Program-made: the position numbers and the translations under genes
The notes under the pieces: generated by a model
Told to the model about the DNA's origin: nothing
What the model saw: only the letters and a program-made list of their open reading frames with translations
The model's database searches: none
NCBI GenBank assembly: GCA_043798995.1
Contig: JAZDOD010000004.1
Location: forward strand, 47,860 to 111,859
Source of the DNA: a bacterium
GTDB taxonomy: Bacteria > Patescibacteriota > Patescibacteriia > JAACEG01 > JAGUWE01
Direction of reading: 5' to 3'
Length of the DNA: 64,000 nucleotides
Shown here: piece after piece, positions 18,674 through 28,243 of the stretch
Layout: every line of letters starts with the position of its first letter
Position numbering within the stretch: position 1 is the stretch's first letter

Positions 18674-20620
18674 ATGATTGCTAAAATTATACCTATTTTG
18701 CGGCTACCGGCTAATTTGGGGGTTTTTGATTATCTAATTCCAGAAGAACTGGCTGATAAAATTAAAAAGGGGCAACTTGTTAAAACTAATTTTCGAAACC
18801 AGAAAATAAATGGTTTAGTAATGGAAATAAAGGCCAAATCAACTATTGAAAAAAATAAACTTAAGCCAGTTTTGCAAATCATTGACGAGTTGCCTTTTTT
18901 AACAATTAACCAGTTAAAATTAATAAATTGGCTTTCTGACTATTATTATATCTCCCTGGCCTTAGCAGCTAAATTAATTATTAATTTTTCGCCCAAAACT
19001 GAAAAAAAAGAAATTGTGAAAAAAGAAAAAGAAATCAAGCTAAAGATGGATTTTTCAGCCGAAGAGAAAAAAATATTTAAAACACTTATTAAAAACAAAG
19101 AAAACCAACATCTTATCTGGTGCAACCGCGAAGAAATAAAACTTAATTTATATTTGGAGTTAATTAAAAATCTAAAAGGGGGTGAGATGCTAATTTTATT
19201 TCCGGACATTGACAGTTTGGAAAATACCGCAAATTATCTTAAAAAATATACCGCAAATTATCTTGTTGTAAGCAGCAACTTAAAGGAAAAAGAATTGGCT
19301 GCCGCTTGGCAAAAAATTAAAAATGGAGAAGCTCGGGTCATTTTGGGCACGCGGCTGGCTGTTTTTTATCCTTATCAGAATCTAAAATATTTAATCATTG
19401 ATGAAGAAAACAATCCCCATTACAAACAATGGGATATGAATCCGCGTTATGATGCCAAAGTCATTGCCCAAAAAATCGCCAAAAAATTTCAGGCCAAATT
19501 AATTTTTTTTACTGCCTTGCCAACGGTTGATTTTTTCTGGCAGGCTGAAAAAAATAAAATCAAATTGCACAAAATTTTAAAAACCGCGGCAAAGACCGAA
19601 ATTGTTGATTTGGCAGAAGAAATGAAAAAAGGCGATTTTTCAATCATCAGCCATATTTTAGAGGAAAAAATTAAGCAAAACTTGGCGGAAAAAAAACAAA
19701 TTGCCTTGATTTTAAATCGTAAGGGCTATGCGCGAATAACAGTCTGCCGAGATTGCGGTTTTATGGCTGAATGTCCAAACTGCGGAACGGCCCTAAATTT
19801 ATCCCACAATCGCCTTAAATGCCCCAATTGCAAATTTGAACAGGACAATCTTCTTTTTTGTCCGCGTTGCCACAATCCGGAAATAAAATCTCTCGGCAGC
19901 GGCACTCAAAAAATTGAGTCGGAAATCAGAAAAATTTTCCCGCAAATTAAAATTGCCCGCTTGGATTCTGATAATCAAAAAGATGCCAGCGCCATAAAAA
20001 AATTATTCCAAGAAAAGGAAATTGAAATTTTAATCGGCACCCAGATGATTCTTAAACCCTGGCTGAAAGAAAATCTTGGTCTGGTTGCTTTTACTAATAT
20101 TGACACTGATTTAAACCAGCCGGGATATCGCTCAACCGAAAATGCGTTGCAATTGATCGCTTATGCCCTGAGTCTGCTTAAAAAAAATGGTTGTTTACCC
20201 CCACACCCAAAAAGCCCCATCTTTCAAGGCGGTGATGAAGGGTGTGGAGGTTTACTTATCCAAACATTTCGCGCTGATAATCCGATTTTAAAAAATCTTA
20301 CCGAGGCGGATTGGCTAAATTTCTATAAAAAAGAAATTAAAGAGCGGCAAAATTTGCATTACCCTCCTTTTGGCACGCTTATCAAATTGATTTATCAAAA
20401 CAAAAACAAAAAAAAGGTTGAGCTAATGCCAGAAAAAATAGAAAAAAAATTAAAAGCCGCTTATCCGGAAGAACAAATTTTCAGTGTCAAAATTAAAAAA
20501 GTCAGGAATAATTATCAAAAAGCGATTTTAATCAAATCAAAACGAATTGATTTTCGTTTTAAAAAAAGTGATGTTCCCAATGACTGGTTAATTGATTTAA
20601 CGCCATATAATTTAGATTAA
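18674..20620 (+). CDS. priA: primosomal protein N' (PriA) with degenerate helicase motifs
   Basis: FDY, LGTRLA, IIDEE..YKQ..PRY, LNRKGY, four CxxC, G.GTQKIE, YPPF. Confidence 0.88.
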   Translation: MIAKIIPILRLPANLGVFDYLIPEELADKIKKGQLVKTNFRNQKINGLVMEIKAKSTIEKNKLKPVLQIIDELPFLTINQLKLINWLSDYYYISLALAAKLIINFSPKTEKKEIVKKEKEIKLKMDFSAEEKKIFKTLIKNKENQHLIWCNREEIKLNLYLELIKNLKGGEMLILFPDIDSLENTANYLKKYTANYLVVSSNLKEKELAAAWQKIKNGEARVILGTRLAVFYPYQNLKYLIIDEENNPHYKQWDMNPRYDAKVIAQKIAKKFQAKLIFFTALPTVDFFWQAEKNKIKLHKILKTAAKTEIVDLAEEMKKGDFSIISHILEEKIKQNLAEKKQIALILNRKGYARITVCRDCGFMAECPNCGTALNLSHNRLKCPNCKFEQDNLLFCPRCHNPEIKSLGSGTQKIESEIRKIFPQIKIARLDSDNQKDASAIKKLFQEKEIEILIGTQMILKPWLKENLGLVAFTNIDTDLNQPGYRSTENALQLIAYALSLLKKNGCLPPHPKSPIFQGGDEGCGGLLIQTFRADNPILKNLTEADWLNFYKKEIKERQNLHYPPFGTLIKLIYQNKNKKKVELMPEKIEKKLKAAYPEEQIFSVKIKKVRNNYQKAILIKSKRIDFRFKKSDVPNDWLIDLTPYNLD

Positions 20621-20623
20621 AAA

Positions 20624-21580
20624 ATGATGAATAAAAAAACAACTAAAATTATTTTCATTGGCACGGCCGAATTTGCCGCTGTGATTCTTAATGCTTTAAT
20701 TAGAGATGACTGGTCGATTAAATTAATTATCACTCAACCGGACAGGCCAATCGGGCGGCATCAAATCCTTACTCCCCCACCTGTTAAAATAGAAGCTCAA
20801 AAACATAATGCGAATATTCTGCAGCCGCCGAGAATCGCTGATGCATTTGATCAAATTAAAAAAATTGAACCCGATTTAATTATCGCGGCCGCTTACAGCC
20901 AGCTTATTCCAAAAAAAATATTGGCTTTAGCGCGCTTAGGTTCGCTTAACATCCATCCCTCTCTTTTACCCCGCTATCGCGGACCAACTCCGATTCAAAC
21001 AGCAATCTTAAACGGCGAAAAATCAACAGGGGTAACAATTATTTTGATGGATGAAAAAATTGATCATGGGCCAATTGTCGCACAACGAGAATTAAAGAAT
21101 TATGAATTAAGAATTATGAATTATGGAGAATTAAATAGAAAACTTGCGGAATTGGGCGGAGATTTACTTGTTGAAACCTTGCCGAAATTTTTGAAAGGCG
21201 AAATCATTCCCCTGCCACAGGATGAAACAAAGGCAACTTACACGAAAATTTTAACCAAAGATGATGGCAAAATTGACTGGCAGAAAAAGGCAAAAGCAAT
21301 TGAACGCCAAATCCGGGCTTATAATCCCTGGCCCGGCAGCTGGACAGAATTTAATTTAAAAGAAAAAATTAAAAAGTTAAAAATAACTCGGGTAGAAATA
21401 TTAGAAACTGAAAAACCTAACGGCGAAATCGGGAAATTATTTTTAACTGAAAATAAAAAAATGGCCGTCACTTGCGGCCAAGGCAGTTTAATTTTAGAAA
21501 AAGTCCAGCCAGAAGGCAAAACTGAAATGATCGGCTCTAACTTTCATCACGGTTATGGTCAAATTAAAAAGTTGGGATAA
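20624..21580 (+). CDS. fmt: methionyl-tRNA formyltransferase
   Basis: ITQPDRP, LNIHPSLLPRYRGPTPIQ, IRAYNPWP. Confidence 0.93.
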   Translation: MMNKKTTKIIFIGTAEFAAVILNALIRDDWSIKLIITQPDRPIGRHQILTPPPVKIEAQKHNANILQPPRIADAFDQIKKIEPDLIIAAAYSQLIPKKILALARLGSLNIHPSLLPRYRGPTPIQTAILNGEKSTGVTIILMDEKIDHGPIVAQRELKNYELRIMNYGELNRKLAELGGDLLVETLPKFLKGEIIPLPQDETKATYTKILTKDDGKIDWQKKAKAIERQIRAYNPWPGSWTEFNLKEKIKKLKITRVEILETEKPNGEIGKLFLTENKKMAVTCGQGSLILEKVQPEGKTEMIGSNFHHGYGQIKKLG

Positions 21581-21582
21581 AA

Positions 21583-21951
21583 TTATTTATTCAATACTTT
21601 CTGAATTTTTTCCATTATCTGATCAGGAGTAAAATAAGCTTTAACCAAATAATCAACCGCGCCTAAAGCTAGGCCTTTTTTTATTTCTTCTCTTTGCCCT
21701 AAGTTGGATAAAATTATAACACGAATAGAAGCCGTCAATGGCTCCTCTTTTATTTTGGCCAAAACATCAAAACCATTTATCCCCGGCAAAATCAGATCCA
21801 GCAAAATCAAATCAGGTTTTTCATTTTTGGATTTTTCTAAACCGTCCTCGCCATCAATTGATTCAATTACTTCAAAACCGCCGGCGGTGAGTTTGCGGCT
21901 AATCAGTCCTCTTAAAAATTTTTCATCCTCAATTATAAGAATTTTAGCCAT
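21583..21951 (-). CDS. single-domain response regulator
   Basis: IIEDE, PDLILLDLILPGING, GAVDYLVK. Confidence 0.9.
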   Translation of the reverse strand: MAKILIIEDEKFLRGLISRKLTAGGFEVIESIDGEDGLEKSKNEKPDLILLDLILPGINGFDVLAKIKEEPLTASIRVIILSNLGQREEIKKGLALGAVDYLVKAYFTPDQIMEKIQKVLNK

Positions 21952-22113
21952 TTTTGTATCATATTTAATTAATTGTCTTACTGTTTTTATTATATAAGTT
22001 TTTTACTTTTTTTTCAAGTCTTTTTTCTGGTTTAGGCTCATCTACTATTTATTCTGATTTTACAATTAAATCATTGGGCAACCAAAAAATAGTAATAGGT
22101 AACATTATTAATA

Positions 22114-23634
22114 TCATAAAACTTCAAAAATTGCACTTACCAGTATTAAATAACCAATTCCTAAAGGATGATTAAGATAAGGGCTAAAAATGCTGGTGCT
22201 GGCAATGACAATTATACCTAAAAGAAAACTTAAGATCAGAAATCTTTTAAATGGATAATCCTGAAAATTATTTTTAAGTTTTTGCCATCCCTTTTGCCAA
22301 ATTTGATAAATTAAAAATAAATAACTAATCAATCCTAACAGACCTAATTTAAGCCAAATGTCTAAATAGCCCCACTCAAAAGCATAAGTTGTATAAAAAC
22401 CGCCTTGACTCTGGGAAAGTTGGCGCGGATCCTGGCTTTGATAGGTAACGGTTTTGCCAAAACCGGCGCCCAAAAAAAAATTATTTTTTATTTCCTGCCA
22501 CAAAGGAGATAAAAGATTCCAGCGACTGGCTACCGCCGCTTCTCCGGAAATTGATAAAGCCCTTTCGCTTAAAAGACCAGCTAAAGAAACTCCAGTTGGC
22601 TTTGGATAAGGAAATTCAACAATTGCAAAAATTAGGATTAAACTAAAAATTAAAACTCCAAGGCAGTAACCAGCTAACCTAAATAAAGAAATGACTTGTT
22701 CTTTTTCCTGAAAAAGAATAATCGCCACAAAGCCAACTGATCCTCCTATTAAACCAATCCAAAAACTGCGTGATAGAGAAACAATAATACTGCTTAAAAA
22801 TAAAATATTAAAAATTAAAAATAAAAAGTTCTCCTTATTTATTTTTTTAAAGGACAAATTTCCTTTGATTCTGGCAGAAGTATAAATGGAAGTAATTAAA
22901 ATGAATAAGGCAATTAAAATATAAATCTGCGACTGAAAGAAAATGCGATAAAAGCCAGTTCCCATATCGGTAATTTCTGCTAAACCTGAGTCACTAAGCC
23001 AACGATAAAGAATTAACATTTCAATCATTTGATGAGAAAAGATAAAAAAAAGTATTAAAGTCTTAAGGCACAAAACTAAAACCGAAGCAAAAAAGATCTG
23101 TAAAATATTCTTCACCTCCTTGACTGAAACAATGGCATCAAAAAAGACAAAAACCAAACCGAAATAAAGCCAGCCATTAGCATCAAAAAAAATATTAGAG
23201 AAACTATTTTGCTTAATAAAAGCGATGATTATACCCCAAAATAAAAAACAAAAGAATAAAAAATAAAAAACTAATAAACCGCTTTGCCTTATCTTAAAAT
23301 AAGGCCTAAAAGTTCTATTTTTAAAATAATAAACAATAACTTTTGCCAACCAAACGCTGATTAAAACCAAAAACAAAGCGATTCTCAAAGAAATCAAAAA
23401 ACCATCAATCTCTAAGTAAAACAAATAACCCTTACTAGCCGTAAAAAGTTCGGCTAAAATAATATAAAGACCATACTCAAGTTTAATTAAACCTAAAATA
23501 AGTGTTATTAAAATTATCGTAAAAAAAACTGTCTGACCAAAGAGTGGCTGCAAATAACCAAGAAGCGACAATAATTCAAAAAAAACAAGGCCCGTTAAAG
23601 TGATTTTAAAATATTTACCAAAAAAATTTTCCAT
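22114..23634 (-). CDS. O-antigen ligase-like polytopic membrane protein
   Basis: many TM helices; SLSRSFWIG, LGAGFG, YLDIWLKLGLLG. Confidence 0.75.
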   Translation of the reverse strand: MENFFGKYFKITLTGLVFFELLSLLGYLQPLFGQTVFFTIILITLILGLIKLEYGLYIILAELFTASKGYLFYLEIDGFLISLRIALFLVLISVWLAKVIVYYFKNRTFRPYFKIRQSGLLVFYFLFFCFLFWGIIIAFIKQNSFSNIFFDANGWLYFGLVFVFFDAIVSVKEVKNILQIFFASVLVLCLKTLILFFIFSHQMIEMLILYRWLSDSGLAEITDMGTGFYRIFFQSQIYILIALFILITSIYTSARIKGNLSFKKINKENFLFLIFNILFLSSIIVSLSRSFWIGLIGGSVGFVAIILFQEKEQVISLFRLAGYCLGVLIFSLILIFAIVEFPYPKPTGVSLAGLLSERALSISGEAAVASRWNLLSPLWQEIKNNFFLGAGFGKTVTYQSQDPRQLSQSQGGFYTTYAFEWGYLDIWLKLGLLGLISYLFLIYQIWQKGWQKLKNNFQDYPFKRFLILSFLLGIIVIASTSIFSPYLNHPLGIGYLILVSAIFEVL

Positions 23635-23665
23635 AAATTCAACCTATTTTTTTATCTTAAGGCGA

Positions 23666-23840
23666 GGAAAATAATTTTACGGAGCATCCACCCCGAATAA
23701 ATTGCTTCGCAATTATACGGGGCAAGCAGGCAAAATTTTGCCGCCTGCCCCGCACCATACCGCTTTAGCGGGATTGGTGCGAGGAGGACTGAGCGAATTT
23801 GCCGCTGGAGCAAATGAGCGACTCCGGAAAATTGTTTCCC
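23666..23840. repeat. MITE-like composite inverted repeat
   Basis: imperfect 19-bp terminal IR (GGAAAATAATTTTACGGAG / CTCCGGAAAATTGTTTCCC) enclosing several GC hairpins. Confidence 0.65.
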
Positions 23841-23870
23841 GAGCAAATCTGTTAAAAAATTTAAACTATA

Positions 23871-24752
23871 TTACATTTTCCCCTGTGGTCGCGATTTAAC
23901 TTTTAAAACTTGGCTTAAGTAAGCTAAGGGTAAACTAATTGGCTGAAGCAGTAATAAACCAAAATACGATAGTTTGCTTTGGTGTTTTTTAAAATAAATG
24001 AGCATCCCTCCGTTGAATCGCTTTTGTTTTTCTAAACTTAATTTTTGAGCAAAGCTTTTTCCTTCATAATGAATAATTTTAGTGATCGGCGTATAAAAAA
24101 TCGTCTCCCCTGCTTTTCTTATTCTTTTACATAAATCAACGTCTTCCCACCAAAGCCAATAATCTTCGTCCCAGCCGCCGATTTTTTCAAAAAGATCGCG
24201 CCGAATAAAAACAAAAGCGCCCATTATCTGTTCAACAACTTGGGTTTTTTCATAATCAAAATCCTTGGCTAAATAATTTTTAACCGCTGGTAACCATTTT
24301 AAAAAATGGTGTAATTTCAAAAGGATAAAAAATTGCGGCCAAAAAGTCGGATCGCGTTTGATATTATTTTGAATTTTACCGTCCGGATAAAAAAGCGCGG
24401 CGGTGCAAGCGCCGACAGTTCTATTCTCGTCCAAAAACTTAACCAATTTTTCAGCTGAATTCTCTATTAGTTCCATATCCGGATTCATAAAAAGTAAATA
24501 ACGACCATCGGCAATTTTTGCTCCTTGATTATTAGCCCGAGCAAAACCAGCGTTAAAATCATTCAAAATTAACTTTAAACTACTGCGCCAAGATGCCATT
24601 TCTTTAAGCATTTCTTTTGAACCGTCACCTGAATTATTATCAACCACAATCACTTCAAAACTGATGTTTTTAGTTTTTTCAAAAATTGAAACAAGATTTC
24701 TTTTAAGCAAATCTCTAACATTCCAATTAACTATAACAATTGATAAATCCAT
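23871..24752 (-). CDS. GT2 glycosyltransferase (rhamnosyltransferase-like)
   Basis: SIVIVNWN, VVDNNSGDGS, GFARANNQG, MNPD, EDVDLC. Confidence 0.88.
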   Translation of the reverse strand: MDLSIVIVNWNVRDLLKRNLVSIFEKTKNISFEVIVVDNNSGDGSKEMLKEMASWRSSLKLILNDFNAGFARANNQGAKIADGRYLLFMNPDMELIENSAEKLVKFLDENRTVGACTAALFYPDGKIQNNIKRDPTFWPQFFILLKLHHFLKWLPAVKNYLAKDFDYEKTQVVEQIMGAFVFIRRDLFEKIGGWDEDYWLWWEDVDLCKRIRKAGETIFYTPITKIIHYEGKSFAQKLSLEKQKRFNGGMLIYFKKHQSKLSYFGLLLLQPISLPLAYLSQVLKVKSRPQGKM

Positions 24753-24848
24753 AAAAATAAGTTTATTCTCTTTAATTTTATCAAAATTAAACAAAAATTA
24801 AAAACCAGAGAAAAGATTTAATAATTACCTCTGGTTTTTGACACAAAA

Positions 24849-24983
24849 TTAAGTTTGATATCGTAAATATAATTCTTCAATTAATTTTTTTTGGGTCTCC
24901 AAATCCAAACCAAAACGTCTAAGCCGCGCTTTTTCATGGCGGATGAATTTTCTAACCGATTGAGGTAGTTTATGACGCCGCAT
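24849..24983 (-). CDS. small basic helical protein (44 aa, not in the ORF track)
   Basis: translated by hand: MRRHKLPQSVRKFIRHEKARLRRFGLDLETQKKLIEELYLRYQT; followed by hairpin 24801-24839. Confidence 0.55.
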   Translation of the reverse strand: MRRHKLPQSVRKFIRHEKARLRRFGLDLETQKKLIEELYLRYQT

Positions 24984-25037
24984 ATAAAATTAAAATCTGC
25001 TTTTAACAGATCAAGATTCTATTTGGTAACTATTTAT

Positions 25038-25130
25038 AGCCGAGATTAAAAAATTTTCTTCTGCGGAACTCGTCCCGCTAGCTGAGCGGGACTCAAACAA
25101 TCCTCGTACGAAAATTTTTTAATCTCGGCT
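25038..25130. repeat. MITE-like element with a perfect 21-bp terminal inverted repeat
   Basis: AGCCGAGATTAAAAAATTTTC / GAAAATTTTTTAATCTCGGCT; inner GTCCCGCT-agctg-AGCGGGAC. Confidence 0.8.
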
Positions 25131-25155
25131 GGTTAACTAAACGGTTGGTAATATT

Positions 25156-26163
25156 TTACTTAGCCGCAATAATACTTCGCTTATAGAGTTCAAGGTTTTC
25201 CAAAGCAATGCCAGTGCCTTTGGCAACACAAAGCATTGGCTCATCAGCCACAAAGGCCTGAACTCCAATTGCTCGTGTTAAAAGTTTATCAATATTTCTC
25301 AACTGACTGCTGCCGCCCGAAAGAATCATGCCCTTATCAATCACGTCAGCAGATAGTTCCGGCGGCGTTTTTTGTAAAACTGATTTAACGGCTACGATAA
25401 TGCCATTTAATTCTTCCTGAATTGCCTCAGTCATATCATCAGAAGTCACCATTACTGTCTTGGGAAGACCGCTAATCATATCACGACCCTTAACTTCGGT
25501 TTTAAGTTTTTCTTCTAAATACATAGCCGAACCAAGACTGATTTTAACTTCTTCTGCTGTTCTTTCACCAATAGCTAAAGAATATTTTTTACGAATATAT
25601 TCAGCAATAGCAGCGTCAAATTTATTGCCACCAATACGAACAGAGGTAGCAGCCACAATTCCGCCCAATGAAATTACAGCGATTTCTGAAGTACCACCAC
25701 CAATATCAATTATCATATGACCTGAAGCGCTGCCAATCGGAATATTAGCACCGATAGCCGCGACAATCGGTTCTTTAATGATATAAGCAGCTTTAGCTCC
25801 GGCTGCCACGGTGGCATCAATAACAGCTCTTTTCTCAGTTGAGGTAATGCCAGCTGGCACTGCTACCATAACTTCCGGCCTAAAAAATCTTATTCCGCCC
25901 AAAGCTTTTCTGATAAAATAACGAAGCATGGCCTCGGTTGTTTTATAATCAGCAATCACGCCGTCTTTTAAGGGACGGCTGGCAATAATTGTGTCGGGCG
26001 TCCGACCAATCATTTCTTTAGCTTCAGCACCCACTGCCAAAACTTCGCCATCAGTCAAAGAAATAGCCACAACTGAAGGTTCATTAATCACAATTCCCCG
26101 TTTTGGAATATATACCAAAACAGTGGTCGTGCCTAAATCTATGCCAATTTTCTTTTGAAACAT
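25156..26163 (-). CDS. mreB: rod shape-determining protein MreB
   Basis: IGIDLGT, NEPSVVA, IDIGGGTSE, GERTAE, TPPEL. Confidence 0.95.
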   Translation of the reverse strand: MFQKKIGIDLGTTTVLVYIPKRGIVINEPSVVAISLTDGEVLAVGAEAKEMIGRTPDTIIASRPLKDGVIADYKTTEAMLRYFIRKALGGIRFFRPEVMVAVPAGITSTEKRAVIDATVAAGAKAAYIIKEPIVAAIGANIPIGSASGHMIIDIGGGTSEIAVISLGGIVAATSVRIGGNKFDAAIAEYIRKKYSLAIGERTAEEVKISLGSAMYLEEKLKTEVKGRDMISGLPKTVMVTSDDMTEAIQEELNGIIVAVKSVLQKTPPELSADVIDKGMILSGGSSQLRNIDKLLTRAIGVQAFVADEPMLCVAKGTGIALENLELYKRSIIAAK

Positions 26164-26246
26164 AAAATTAAAACTCAAAACTCAAAAATTTATTTGATTC
26201 GCCAGCCCGCTTTCCACGCCTAGACTCGGCGAGACTGACCAAAGAT

Positions 26247-27086
26247 TCAGCGAGACGAGCCGGCTGATTGACACTGGGATTTATTTCTGTATTTCCAAAA
26301 ATATTTCAACCATTCTTTAATGTGAATTCGCGTTGTCCTGTTAAATAAGCTTTTAAACCAATCCATATCCGCTGATTCACGACGATGAAGATGAATCATT
26401 TGTGATTCAGATACATAATAAACCTGATAGTTATTTAACCAAAAACGCTTTGCCCAATCAACGTCGCTAAAATAAAGATAGAATCTTTCATCAAAAAGTC
26501 CAACTTTTTCTAAAGCACTTCCACGGACAATTAAAGCGCTGCCTAAAAGCCAATCAACCGGCTTTGTTTTATTATGATCCCAATCTTTCATTATATACCA
26601 ATCAATTTTCTTTCGGATAAAAGGTAACCTGCCCAAAGGAGTTCGCCGATATGCTGGCATTAAAAATTTCGGAAAACGAAAACAGGAAAACTGAAGACTC
26701 CCATCAGTATTAATTAATTTGGGGCCGGCTAAACCAACTTCAGGATGATCTTCCATAAAATGATATAACTTTTCGATTGAACTGGCAAGGGGCTTAATAT
26801 CAGAATTAAATATCAGTAAATATTTCCCTTGTGCTTCTTTTGCGCCTAAATTATTACCAGCTGAATAACCAAGATTTTCTTTTGATTCAATTAATTTAAT
26901 TTGCGACTTGTGACCGTAAAATAATTTAACCATTTCCACGCTGCCATCGCGGGAATTATTGTCAACCACGATAATTTCAAAATCAAAAGGCAGGTTTAAT
27001 TCTAAAATATTTTTTAGGTGATATTTAAGTAACCCTCTGGTCTTGTAATTGACGATGATAATTGAAATATTCATAACATTATTCAA
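26247..27086 (-). CDS. GT2 glycosyltransferase
   Basis: IIIVNY, VVDNNSRDGS, NSD, VDWLLGS, FDERFYLY. Confidence 0.88.
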   Translation of the reverse strand: MNNVMNISIIIVNYKTRGLLKYHLKNILELNLPFDFEIIVVDNNSRDGSVEMVKLFYGHKSQIKLIESKENLGYSAGNNLGAKEAQGKYLLIFNSDIKPLASSIEKLYHFMEDHPEVGLAGPKLINTDGSLQFSCFRFPKFLMPAYRRTPLGRLPFIRKKIDWYIMKDWDHNKTKPVDWLLGSALIVRGSALEKVGLFDERFYLYFSDVDWAKRFWLNNYQVYYVSESQMIHLHRRESADMDWFKSLFNRTTRIHIKEWLKYFWKYRNKSQCQSAGSSR

Positions 27087-28077
27087 ACCATCTAAACAGT
27101 TCCTTATTAGAAATTTTTTTATTTTTCATAATAATTTTTCTTTTCTTGACCATTGCCGGCAGTTTTTGAAAAATGATAGGAACATCTTTAAAAGTTTTTG
27201 TTTCAAAAAATAAAAGATAAAAAAATTTAGTTAATTCGTAGATAAAAATATAAGGAAAAAGCCAAAAAAAATTATACCAGGTCAAATTTTTAATTAAAAT
27301 AAACCAGTGGTTTTTGTAAGAATGAAACTTAATGAATTCACTTTTTTTGCGCCGATAACTAATCATTGAAAAATTGAACCCGGCTTTTACTCCCTGAGCG
27401 CTACGATCATGATAAGCAATTGCCCGCGGCAAATACCAAATTTCCCAGCCATAAAGCCGCAAACGATAATTTAAATCAATGTCTTCTTTGTAGGAAAAAA
27501 AATCTTCGTCAAAATATTCTTTGTCAATTTTAACATCTTCCAGGGCAAGACGACGATACAAAGGAATGGTGGCGGAAACTCCAAATACTTGAGATGATTT
27601 ATCATATTGACCATGGTCTTCTTCACCGGTCCCCATTTCCACCACTTGATGAGTCCGAAAAATTTTCTGTCCGACCGAATCAATAATTTTAGTTTTCCCC
27701 TTATCTTTCAATTTTAAAAGTTTTCCGCCGGCTAAGCCCGTTTTTTTATTTTTATCCATAAATTCAACTAATTGGGCCAAAAAATCCGGTTCCAAAATAA
27801 CATCCTGATTTAAAATTAAAACATAATCGCTTGGAGATTGATCAATACCTAAATTATGGCCTTTGGCAAAACCCAAATTTTTTTGATTTTTAATGAGCTT
27901 GATTTGGGGGTAATTTTTTTCAAAAAATGCGACGGTTCCATCCGAAGAGCCATTATCAATAACTAAAATTTCAAAATCCTTAAAAGTTTGGGTGAAAATT
28001 GAAGACATTAAAGCTTCAAGGTATTTCTCGCCATTCCAAGTAACAAGACTGATGGCAACTTTTTTATAAGAAAACAT
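27079..28077 (-). CDS. GT2 glycosyltransferase
   Basis: VTWNG, IDNGSSDGT, LNQD, FDEDFFSYKEDIDL. Confidence 0.88.
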   Translation of the reverse strand: MFSYKKVAISLVTWNGEKYLEALMSSIFTQTFKDFEILVIDNGSSDGTVAFFEKNYPQIKLIKNQKNLGFAKGHNLGIDQSPSDYVLILNQDVILEPDFLAQLVEFMDKNKKTGLAGGKLLKLKDKGKTKIIDSVGQKIFRTHQVVEMGTGEEDHGQYDKSSQVFGVSATIPLYRRLALEDVKIDKEYFDEDFFSYKEDIDLNYRLRLYGWEIWYLPRAIAYHDRSAQGVKAGFNFSMISYRRKKSEFIKFHSYKNHWFILIKNLTWYNFFWLFPYIFIYELTKFFYLLFFETKTFKDVPIIFQKLPAMVKKRKIIMKNKKISNKELFRWFE

Positions 28078-28098
28078 ATTATACTATAACTTAATACG

Positions 28099-28238
28099 GT
28101 AAGGAATTCGCTTTAAAAACCATCTCGCAGGCCGAGCGGGCATGGCGCTCCTCTTTTAATGGAGCGAGCGAGGCCGAGAGTGAGCGCAATTTCCTCGCTG
28201 GGGAAATTGATAGCGTGTTTTTAAAACGAATTCCTTAC
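28099..28238. repeat. MITE-like element with a 22-bp terminal inverted repeat
   Basis: GTAAGGAATTCGCTTTAAAAAC / GTTTTTAAAACGAATTCCTTAC (1 mismatch); GC-rich hairpins inside. Confidence 0.8.
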
Positions 28239-28243
28239 TAAGT

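Noticed and set aside
23652-23899. Two overlapping ~65-aa ORFs
   Set aside because: Both coincide with the MITE-like repeat.
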